A DNA stretch of 64,000 bases from the NCBI GenBank assembly GCA_030141605.1, contig JAQGDQ010000226.1, forward strand, positions 248,001 through 312,000, given 5' to 3'. Shown piece after piece: positions 37,973 through 48,538 of this stretch. Every line of letters begins with the position of its first letter. The first letter of the stretch is position 1. The notes under the pieces were generated by a model that saw nothing but the letters and a program-made list of their open reading frames with translations, was not told the DNA's origin and searched no databases. This DNA comes from Tubiluchus corallicola (lineage: Eukaryota > Animalia > Priapulida). The position numbers and the translations under genes were made by a program.

Positions 37973-39958
37973 TAATGCACAAATCCATTAATAATGAGTA
38001 ATGTAAATTATATTTGAGTGTACTTTACTTTGCATGTCCTCTCTGGTTATGCGATGGCTAAATTAATTTTACATGTAGTTCTATAATTGTAATATCTAAA
38101 GTCAGTGTATGCACTTTATGCCTGCAAATAAAAACATTGTTGTTGTGGCTATATATAAAACTCTTTAATATATTGATAACTTTTTATTGTATAATTGTAT
38201 TGTGAAAATGAAAGCACATAATCTGCTTTTATTTCTAGCAGTGTTTTGCCTTGTTACTTCATTGCCAGATTTGCCATGTGTAACAGAGACTTTTGCTAAG
38301 AGACTAAACACCTGGTAGCTTTTTTCTTCTATCTTTCCTGATGGGTGATATAAAGCTGTTGCATTCTTAGCTTTGAATGAATTATCAACTGCAGACAACG
38401 AAACAAAAAACTTTTCAATTGCCTATAAAATGATGAGAAATAAATTATCTTTGTTTCTGAAATATGACATTATAAGTTATTGTTATTCTTGATTATTTGT
38501 GTTTGTTTTGCACCCTTCCTTTTTTAATTCCCGATTTGATCGATATTGGCAGCACAACCCAGAAAAGTTTGTCGATCCTAGACTGCCTCAATGGCAGCAA
38601 ACATGTTTTGTGACGCAGCCCATGATCATGGAGTGCCGCTGTTTCTTTTAAGACTCAAATATAGAATTCAAAGAAAGTTGGAGAGGCTTATAAGCTATTA
38701 TTAACCTCTGTCCTGCGATTGTAAAGGTAAATGTAACGGTTGCGTGTTTGTACTAAAGGATTTGCACAGCTCAGTTCATTCTCTTCCGTCTGCTTGTTTA
38801 GGTGAATTGTTTAAGTTGAATTGTTTAGGTTAATATTGGCGTGACAATGATATGCATATATGTCGGAAAGGTTCAGAAAAAATGTGACGAAGTTTAGACT
38901 GCAATAATGTTGGAAGCAAGTGCCCTGCAAAGTTGAAAATGTCACAGTGTGGTCTTTTAGCTGTGAAAGTTACAAGTTTATTAGTGGTTTTTAATTAATG
39001 GCCAAAAAAGTTTTGCATGTTAAGAATTTAAATGCTGCAGCAGTGTCAGCTACAATTGTCAGCTGAAAAGTAGCCACACTGACATACAAAACACTCAATG
39101 CATGGCAGCAAAACAATAAAGAAATCAAATATGGTTTTCACCACTGAAAATGAAGCACTGATAAAGACTTCTCGCCAAGAGAAAAAGGGACATAATCTTC
39201 TGAATTGCAGTATCTGGAATTTCCTTCAAAAGTAAGTGTACGAGGAACTAAGGGCAAAAATTGTTGACAGCTGGAACCAAACACACCTTAAAGAAGTGAG
39301 AAACTGAGTCACTTGTGGGAAGAAATGCTTTCGTCTAATGTGTGTTAAAAATGGCGGACACATAGAGCACTTGCTGTAAATTTTAACATTAGTGCCAAAT
39401 TTTTTCCGGCATTTACATTTTTGAGTTGTTCATTAAAAATTTCTGCTTTTTGGACAAATATAAGGGAATGACCTAAAGTTTTTAGCATTTATACATAGCC
39501 ATGCATATTAATTAATGTGGTAATTTTCAAATTATTCCTCTATTTTCTTCTTATACTGTCATGATCCAAACATTGACTCATTTTTTGTGCTACTTGATGT
39601 AATATATGCCTAATTGCTGGCGTTTTGCAAAGTAATCTTGCATGTTACACATCAGTTGCATTGCATTGTTCTGCTTGTGCTAGTGTTCATAAAGAGACTG
39701 TTTGTTATTATAGCTATTGTGCTTTAATGTATATAACACTATATTAAATGAATCCTGCCTGAAAACGGTCATCAAACATTATGCATTCTGCTTGTCTGAC
39801 GACCTTTTACTGCATGGGCATTTTCAGGTTTGAAATAGCTTGCCTTTGAGTTTATAATGTAAACGCTTCTTGAGAAACTAAGTGCTTTGTAACTCATCCT
39901 GTTTTTTGTGGTGCAAAGTCACAGTGCTTTACATTCGCTTGAAGTTCTGACTGTGATC

Positions 39959-40852
39959 ATGAATTCTACTTCACTTTTGGCTGGTTTTGCTGCAGTAAAT
40001 GTAACGGAAAACAAGTTCAATTTTTTTACTAAGACTGCAGCAGTAATGGTAGTCCTGCTGTTTGCATTGCTATGTTTTGCTATAATTGCAGGAAACTTGC
40101 TAGTGTTGATTGCGATTTATAAAATTTCTCGATTGCAAACTAAAACCAATGCCCTTGTAGCATCGCTTGCAGTAACCGACTTGCTTGTTGGTTTTTCTAC
40201 TCCTGTAGAAATTATGGTCATCTTGCAACCTGCTATGAGGTCAGATCGAATATTCTTGCTGGCGTACAACATATGTCAGTCAGTAATGATGAATGTAAGC
40301 ATATTTCACTTGTGTCTGATAGCTGTTGAAAGATATGTGGCTGTTGTTCATCCATTCAAGTATCATGCCATCGTGAGAAAAGAAACCATTGTTGCCGCAC
40401 TTTCCATTACTTGGATTTTTGCTTTAACTGTGGCAGCGGTTTGTGTTATTTTCACGTTCATTTTCAATAAACATGGTCTGTTAGTCGTTGATGCCACTTT
40501 AACATTTTATTTACCGATGTTTACGATTTTTGTACTGTATGCCCTAATTTGGAAAACTGCAAGAAGGCACGTCTTACAGATACACACTCAAGGTCAAGGA
40601 GGCCAGGCAACTTTAATGCAGATGAAAGCAACAAAAACCCTTGCGATTGTTACCCTTGCTTTTCTGTTATGCTGGGGTCCTTTATCTTTGTACGAAACTT
40701 TTGGTTTTATGTTGCTTTATGAAACGAAATATGAAATATTCAAGATTTTCTTTTCTCTTGGATTTATCAACAGTGCTGTTAATCCAATAATATATGCTTT
40801 TACTAATAGTGACTTTAAGATGGCATTTAAGAAGATTTTGCATTGTAATTAG
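39959..40852 (+). CDS. Intronless class A GPCR (R13), chimeric
   Basis: All 7TM motifs present; R12-like N-half and R4-like TM4-TM5. Confidence 0.92.
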   Translation: MNSTSLLAGFAAVNVTENKFNFFTKTAAVMVVLLFALLCFAIIAGNLLVLIAIYKISRLQTKTNALVASLAVTDLLVGFSTPVEIMVILQPAMRSDRIFLLAYNICQSVMMNVSIFHLCLIAVERYVAVVHPFKYHAIVRKETIVAALSITWIFALTVAAVCVIFTFIFNKHGLLVVDATLTFYLPMFTIFVLYALIWKTARRHVLQIHTQGQGGQATLMQMKATKTLAIVTLAFLLCWGPLSLYETFGFMLLYETKYEIFKIFFSLGFINSAVNPIIYAFTNSDFKMAFKKILHCN

Positions 40853-40909
40853 TAATGAGCAACTCATTAATAATGAGTAATGTAAATTGAATTAGATTGT
40901 GATAATATC

Positions 40910-41450
40910 CGGTGCCAGCTGTCTGTTTGCTTGACATGGTTAACCGTTTAGAGCATGTCCACACATCTGAAAGAAGCCGCTTGGTAACTGATAGAACAAT
41001 GATTCCTTCATTCCCCTCCATTGTTTTCAAACTCCAGGTATATCAGAAGAGGATGGGATTCGATTGACTCGTTGCAGGTTATCTGACTTCTTGTAGAAAC
41101 TGGAAGATGGAGGCAGAGACCATGACATACACGCTCATGTGACTGTGTACTAGATGCTAATGGTGCAGTTCAAGATGAAGAACACATGCTGTGCCATTGT
41201 CAAAAAACTGCATTTTTCAGAAACAAGAGTGTTTTAACCATATAACAAGGACTCTTTATTAAATATTTTCACTCACCAAGGTACTGAGGTAGTCATTAAT
41301 TTTGTGTCTGATTGTTTTAAGTTATTTTAATTGTTACGTGATCAATTTGTTTATTGTTCTTGTTGGGCTAATTTGCTCTTTGTTAAGTTCTTACCCTGTG
41401 TATTTATAATTATTAGTCAATAAATCTGATCTAATCTAAATCTAATTTAA
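40910..41450 (+). mobile_element. 5'-truncated LINE 3' end (CR1/L2/Crack group)
   Basis: TRCRLS..VETGRW..C..VQDEEHMLCHC zinc-knuckle motif, then AATAAA and a (TCTAA)n-like tail at 41419-41450. Confidence 0.65.
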
Positions 41451-42404
41451 GTCAGTCAACACTGATCGTAGCTATTTTGTCATTTGATATGTGCTAGTAA
41501 TTTTCGTAGCGATATTTGTTTAGTTGACTATTTTTGTACTTTAGATATTTTGTAATATATTTTAGTGTTTGGGTTATAAATTTTGGTTATTGCTAATGGC
41601 GTTTGACACTTTTGTTGTCATCATCATCACTTTTCATTGCGTGTTTTGTATTGTTATTGTCACTATGTTTTCACTTGTCTAATATATCTAGTCGTCTACG
41701 TTAACTCAATGTTTAGTGTTTATTTTGACAGTGGAAATCTGGCATCACACTGCAGAAGTAATTCACAATAATAAGTATTGAGGAAGAATTGCAATAAGTT
41801 CACCACCAGGGCGCTCTTCGAAGCCTGCTCCCACCCTGTCCTCAGCTAGGTTAAAATTCCTGACTCCTCATTTTTCCACTGACATTGCAGCAGATGCTGT
41901 TCGTCACCTTCAATAGTATTTCGTTAAAGGCAACTTTGCCAGCAAGTGTAGCAAACTACTAGTTTATTGATTTTTGAGTGTACTAAACTTTTGTTTTTAG
42001 AGAGTACATCGCTTGATCTTGAACATATAATCATAAACCAACAATGAATAATTTTCAGCCGAGTAACTTAAAGGAAAGAACAAATCATCTACCATGTTGT
42101 TTATTCTACTATTATTACTTAAACAAAGAAATTTGCAATAACCAGTGTACAAAGCATAAAGTTATATTATACTACCACAGTGTGCAAATTTACAGGTATA
42201 GTGGTGGCTTCCATTCAGTTGAATATTATGACGTAACTGGTAGACTTTGTGAGTTTTCAAAAGCGTTAAAGTTGCTTAAACTAATTCGACTTCTGCAGCT
42301 GGTGTTCATGCAAAAATACTAAATAATTGCCTATCTAATTTTTTTTGTAAAAACATATTGACTTTTGACGGAAATTAACAGTGCGCTACTGTTTCTTCAT
42401 TCGA

Positions 42405-42630
42405 TGAATGACGTCACTGGTGGAAATATCAGCATTCAAATGAGAGCGCCCAATGTGACTGATCACGTGGCATGACGTCACTCGAACACAGTCGCAGTGA
42501 GTTCTGAGCACGTGTACTATAAAGATTTGTGTTGTGGATCTGTGACGCCATCTAATATGGCGCCGCCGTGACAGTCTCGCGGGAGTATTTAAAATGAAAA
42601 CAAACAGGAAATTCTTTTAACGTGAGTATG
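42405..42630 (+). promoter_or_regulatory. CpG-rich motif cluster, possible Pol II promoter
   Basis: TGACGTCA at 42409 and 42473; CCAAT at 42450; CACGTG at 42464 and 42509; TATAAA at 42518; ATGGCG at ~42557; donor-like GTGAGT at 42622. Confidence 0.35.
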
Positions 42631-43500
42631 ATAAACGCTTAAGATTGCCTCTAGCCGTTATAATTCTTTAGTGAAAATTTTCTGAGACTTGCTTTAACTA
42701 GGCCTTTTCTTGTCCTTTAAGACCTTTGGCCTTGACTTGTTTGATGCAAATGAAAAGTGGCTATGGAGAGTTGGCATTTATTTAAAAATCAACAAATGAT
42801 TGTAAGCCTAATATATTTTATTGGCGAAATATTTTCTGCAACACGATTTGATAATATTGGACTGCTGTCCGCTTTTAACGGAGGCAGGACGGATGGCACC
42901 ATGGCCCACACCTTGCGGCATGTCCCAATTAAGTCACTCACGCCTCACCCAAAACAGAACCCGAATAATAGAGTCAAAATGACAATTTATTACTACATAT
43001 CACACCCCCTATAAGGAACAAACAGCTTACCTAGAAGAACGGAGTTTGCGGTAAGCCTGTGAAATGTGAACAGAGCTGCAATGAAAGACACGACCACTGA
43101 CAAGGGTCAACAGCAGGCCTTCCCTTTTTATAAGCTCAGGTGTGCACGTGACTAGTGGCCTTTACCAACACAAGGTCAGAATACGAGTCTGTGCCAGATA
43201 AAGCCATGTTCACATGCACACCTGAGAAGTTTACTGTTTTCCCCTGCCAGTATTACACTTCATCTCATCACAGCCCTGCAGTACACTATGTTTGTATACG
43301 TGTGAGAACAATGCCGCATATTCCTAATTATTAAACGTTTGACTGGCAAAGGTAAACTTACACAGCTTGTATGCTGCACTTCACTGGTGTCAGATAATTG
43401 TTCAGCAGGTAACTAGATGTCTATAAAATTAATATTATGCTCTAATGTAAATAATATTTTATCGAATCAATCTCATGTAGCGATTGCATGAAGTACATAA

Positions 43501-43672
43501 TTATTGTGCTCATGCTTTTAACAACATTTATCACGCTAAAGGGTTTATCACCTCTCGTTATTGTGCTCGTGCTTTTTACAACATTCATCACGCTAAAGGG
43601 TTTATCACCTCTCGTTATTGTGCTCGTGCTTTTTACAACATTCATCACGCTAAAGGGTTTATCACCTCTCGC
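43501..43672. repeat. 57-bp tandem repeat, 3 copies
   Basis: TTATTGTGCTC recurs at 43501, 43558 and 43615. Confidence 0.9.
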
Positions 43673-43838
43673 TACAATAAAACATCGGCTACTTTTCTGG
43701 CTATCTCTTCGGTGCTTGGAGAGAAAAGTTTTAGCATTCTTTATCAATGAAAGCGAATTACCATTGTCTGCGCTTGCAAGTTTTTGAGACGGTACGTGTG
43801 CTGTGCATCTTACTTTCAACGCTGATAATTTCGCCACT

Positions 43839-43913
43839 ATGAACACAAGTGAAAACGAATCTGCTTATTTAAGTAAGCCTGTGATAGTGATAGCGGTTCT
43901 GTTGTATGCTCTA
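43839..43913 (+). pseudogene. Displaced original N-terminus of R14
   Basis: MNTSENESAYLSKPVIVIAVLLYAL aligns to TM1 of paralogs and joins 44514 in frame if 43914-44513 is removed. Confidence 0.7.
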
Positions 43914-44402
43914 CATTCGCTTGAAGTTCTGACATTTATTTATGACTTTGATCATGAATTCTATTCATTTTTGGCTGGTTTTGCTGCAGTAAATGTAACA
44001 GAAAACAAGATCTATTTTTTTACTAAGACTGCGGCAGTAATGGTAGTCCTGCTGTTTGCATTGATATGTTTTGCTATCATTGTGAGAATGAATGACATTA
44101 TATTGCATCATTGTGAGAATGAATGACATTTTACTGCATCATTGTGAAAATGATTGACATTATATTGCATCATTGTGAGAATGAATGACATTATATTGCA
44201 TAATTGTGAAAATGAATGACATTATACTGTATCATTGTGAAAATGATCATACTTAGTTTGCTTGTGTTTCTGACAGTGATTTCCTTGTAAATGCGTTTTC
44301 AGATTTTCGATTGCAGTGAAAATATGATACGGACATTTACGAATGCAAATGCTCTACTTTTGCAAACCTTTCGAACGTTTTTCGAAATGTGATGTTGTGA
44401 AC

Positions 44403-45287
44403 ATGAATACATCTTCGTTACTGATTGATCTTGCTACCATGAACACAACTGAAACTGGGGTTACATTTTTAGCAAAGTCTGTAATTTCAATAATAGTTCT
44501 GCTGCTAATACTATTAGGTATTGCTATAATTGCAGGAAACTTATTAGTTCTGATTGCAATTTATAAACTTCCTCGTTTGCAAACTAAAACGAATGCTCTT
44601 GTTGCATCACTGGCTGTAACTGATTTACTTATTGGGTTCACTACGCCAGCAGAAATTATAGCGCTATTGTACTCAGTTGTGAGGTCAAGCCAGGTGATGA
44701 CCGTAAAGTACATTTTACAGTATGGAACCATAAATGCAAGTGTGTTTCATCTGTGTCTGATAGCAGTTGAAAGATACATAGCTGTTGTCCATCCATTCAA
44801 GTATCACAGCATCATAAGAAAAGAAGCCATTGTTACTGCACTTTGCGTTACTTGGATTATTGCGTTAACTGAGGCTACAATTACAGTTTACTTCAAATTC
44901 ATTCTCAACGCGCAGACTCAAATATCTTATCTTGACATTATCTTGATCTTTTATTTACCAATGCTAACGATTCTTGCACTGTATGGTCTAATTTGGAGAA
45001 CTGCAAGAAGGCACGTTTTACAGATACACAGTCAAGGTCAGGGAAGCCAGGCAAGTGTGAAGCAGATGAAAGCAACAAAAGCGTTAGCCTTTGTTACCTT
45101 TGCTTTTCTGATATGTTGGGGACCCGAGTTCATTCACGACACATTTATTTATGTGTCGACCTATAGAAGGAAACGCGAAACGTTGATCCTTTTTGCACTT
45201 GGTTTCATCAACAGTGCCTTCAATCCAATCATATACGCATTTTCCAGTCCAGACTTTAAAATGGCTTTCAAGAAAATCTTGTTTTGA
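44403..45287 (+). CDS. Intronless class A GPCR (R14) with an R3-derived N-terminus
   Basis: All 7TM motifs present; N-terminus identical to R3, body divergent; AATAAA near 45689. Confidence 0.9.
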   Translation: MNTSSLLIDLATMNTTETGVTFLAKSVISIIVLLLILLGIAIIAGNLLVLIAIYKLPRLQTKTNALVASLAVTDLLIGFTTPAEIIALLYSVVRSSQVMTVKYILQYGTINASVFHLCLIAVERYIAVVHPFKYHSIIRKEAIVTALCVTWIIALTEATITVYFKFILNAQTQISYLDIILIFYLPMLTILALYGLIWRTARRHVLQIHSQGQGSQASVKQMKATKALAFVTFAFLICWGPEFIHDTFIYVSTYRRKRETLILFALGFINSAFNPIIYAFSSPDFKMAFKKILF

Positions 45288-46044
45288 CAACCTTTGTTAG
45301 TTAATTGCATTAACTGAGCACACAGGTGAACGGCGTTCTTGGGATAGAGCGGAAACCTTTGCAACAATCTTGAAGTGGTACACACACAGTTGAACAATGT
45401 AAAACAATGTGAGTGAACTACTTGAAATGGATGTTCTGTGTGCACTTTGTCATTTGCTAGCGGATTCTCTAACAGAAGAAGAAGAGAGACCCTAAGAGTT
45501 TTTAAATTCCAAATAATAAGAGTGGTATCAGTTTGATCAAGAGCATAGAATATCAACGAATTTCATAACATTTCTAATAAAATTATAGTTGTGTCATAAT
45601 GTTTTTGGTCTGTTCCAGATTTCTTAAATCATTCTTTATTACCCAAAGTTGACTGCTATAGTGTGGTTTGTTGAAGCGTTGATTTTTAATAAAAAATTAT
45701 AAAATTTATTGAACTTGAAAGTTGTTTATTAATGATTGACCCTTGTTTATGCTCGAGCTAGCGGAAAATGTCTCGTGCAGACGGGATTAACAAACTCAGG
45801 AGGCCCTAACCCACACACACGTCGAAAAATTAACATTTAAAATAAATTTAAAAAATTAACATAAAAACTTTTTTAGCCGTCATGGGATATGAATGTCGTA
45901 TAAGTGTGCATTGTATTTTTAGCTGGCTGCAACAATATAAGTTGTGAAATCAGACTTCATTATTGGTATGTGCAACAATGGAATAGTTTCAGTTAAATTC
46001 AGTTTATTAGGTAGAAATCTGGTGACAAGGGTTGGGATTATTTC

Positions 46045-46400
46045 TTTTTTCCTGTGAATCTTGTTTCCTGTGAGTTTTTTCTGTGACTTTATTACCTGTG
46101 ACTTTTGACTTTATTACCTATGCCTTTATTACCTGTGACTTTTTACCCATGACTTTTTTTACCCGTGACTTTTTTACCCATCACTTTTTTCCTGTAACTT
46201 TTTACCCGTGACCGTGACTTTTTTACCCATGACCGTGATTTTTTTACCTGACTTTTTACCCATGACCGTGATTTTTTTACCTGACTTTTTTACCTGTGAC
46301 TTTTTTACCGGTGACTTTTTTACCTGTGATTTTTTTACCCATGACTTTATTACCTGTGATTTTTTTACCTGTGAGTTTATTACCTGTAACTTTATTAACT
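46045..46400. repeat. Degenerate ~15-bp tandem repeat (TTTTTTACCTGTGAC)
   Basis: Visible periodicity. Confidence 0.85.
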
Positions 46401-47371
46401 GGATTTGGAAATCTAATCTGAATAAAGGATATTAGAATGAACTGGGGATCAGTAGAATCTGAAGTCTGTCAGTGGTGTGGGACTACTTTGTCTTCTTTTT
46501 CACACGGAGGGTAACAAATTTCAGGGCTTGTTTTATTTTAAGTGTAAATGGTAAAAATGAAATCGCAAAAGTGCGTTCACTAAAATTACGAAAACCGTAG
46601 TGTGTAGCGGCCCTTGAAGAATCTATTTTTAACATTTAAACAGACTTATGAATCACAAGTTTAGACTATATTTGCATTTGTAAAGAATTAACTCGTTCTT
46701 AATTTCTTGGAGTAATAGTTGTAATAGTATTAATAATAATTTTAAAGTAAAAGTCAATCTCCTGATGAAATTCATGCCACATTTTACAAAAAACTTGCCT
46801 GTGTATTAAGTGTACCCGCTCGGAATTACTTTTTGAAAAGTCTTCCTGTGATGGTGTTTTACTTACACTATGGAAACTGACAGATATAAACCTAGTATTA
46901 TAAGCAAGGCAAAAGTTCTGATTTAAACAACTGTGGACAAGTATATCGCTGACTAGTGTAACGTGCAAATTGATGGAGATGGTTATTGCAGAAAGCGTCA
47001 TTAAACATATATGTAATTTTATATTGTATTGTACATATGCACGTACACTGTCTGTAAATTTAAATTGAGTGTTAGTAAATTAATTAATTAAATTAAAATT
47101 TATAATTGATCTACCATTATTTTCTAAAAATATTCTAAAATCTATATCATTATTAGTAATCGAAATTGATCTGGTATTCCAATTTTTAAGTGTTTAACTT
47201 GTCTAAAACTTTGTCTAAGTCTCTATGGAAACTATATTTTTCAATAGAGATTTATATATCCTATATATAATCCTATAATCCTATATATATATTTGTTTGG
47301 TCTTGCTGCCTCTTGTATTTGCTGTTCACACTTCTATTCGCAGTTGCACAATTGTCTGCTGTCTCTTTCAG

Positions 47372-47485
47372 GTTTACTTGCATAGAAAATGGTTTGGTAT
47401 GGATCTCTCTGACTCCATAGATGCCAAACGCCTACATCATCAACTGCTGCCAAATCAAGTGCGATACGAAGACGGATTCTCCCTG
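47372..47485 (+). CDS. ggt: Gamma-glutamyltranspeptidase, penultimate coding exon
   Basis: TTTCAG acceptor and GTAAG donor. VYLHRKWFGMDLSDSIDAKRLHHQLLPN matches the GGT small-subunit motif WFG.D....PRLHNQLLPN. Confidence 0.88.
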
Positions 47486-47578
47486 GTAAGCGACAATTTT
47501 TAATGGCTTTTTGTTCAAAGAGAAGAAAGGAAAGTTTAAAGTATGTCCCAAAAACTTACTCTAGTTTCACATTTACAG

Positions 47579-47728
47579 AATGATGTAGAAACTTTGGTTG
47601 CTCGAGGTCACGAGATCTTAGTTCACAACATTGGCGAGTCCGTCGTCCAGGCCATCGAGGTAACGGACAGCGGTCAACTCTCCGCTGTCTCTGATTGGAG
47701 AAAGGGTGGTATACCGGATGGGTTTTAG
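47579..47728 (+). CDS. ggt: Gamma-glutamyltranspeptidase, last coding exon
   Basis: TTTACAG acceptor, phase 0. RGHE..SVVQAI..AVSDWRKGGIPDGF* is the canonical GGT C-terminus. Confidence 0.9.
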   Translation, partial: NDVETLVARGHEILVHNIGESVVQAIEVTDSGQLSAVSDWRKGGIPDGF

Positions 47729-48538
47729 CCGTCCAGTTCCGCGCATCATCGTCGCCATGACCAGAAGCAGAAATTTTTGCAAAATGTGATCATCTAATAT
47801 GTTCTACACAAAGCAAGCGCTTTCTTAAGGAATTCGTTCCATCTGCAGGCCAGATCTAACAGAGATGAGAAGTGTTTCGGATTTACTTTTCACAAGCTGA
47901 TGTTTTTGTTAGATTTATCTTAATCGTGTGACTATTGCACTGATCAAAAGCAAAAAATCGTGCAAATCATGTAAACTGAGAACCTTTCTTTTGAAAAATG
48001 CTTTTAATTGTCATATTTTAAAATATGCAACTAGATTTCACATTCTCTGAAGTATTGCTAAAGTTTCTTATGGGACTGGAATGTTTAATTTGCAGCACCC
48101 CTCGAATTTCTCTCTTACTTAGGGCCCTAGTATTCACCTTGCATAGTATCCATCATAGATTTTTTGTTTAACTACTTACCAGATGACAGAGTAATATATA
48201 ATGTTTCCCAAAGTTCATTGTAAAAGATTTCAATGTTATTTTATTAATGGTGGGTGGTAACTCGTTGTACCTGTAGTTCACTGTTACAAGCATTTGTGCC
48301 TGTGTTAATGTCATACATATAGAACTTGTTTTTGTTAAGTTAATCTGTTTATTTTATTTGCTTAATACTTTGCAATTGTAAAATAGTCATTAGGATCTCT
48401 TAAATTTTATTTGGAAAAACGTGATCAGCCATGCCTTGTATGCCAATTACTACTTATAGAGTTTCTATTAACAAATTTATCGTAAATATGTGACTTAAGT
48501 TATTTAATAGCCATTTCGCTCGCAGAAGAATGCCAGTG

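Noticed and set aside
2535-45287. Assigning adenosine, histamine H2, adrenergic or TAAR gene symbols to the receptors
   Set aside because: The motifs are generic class A; without D3.32 or the disulfide, orthology cannot be supported without a phylogeny.
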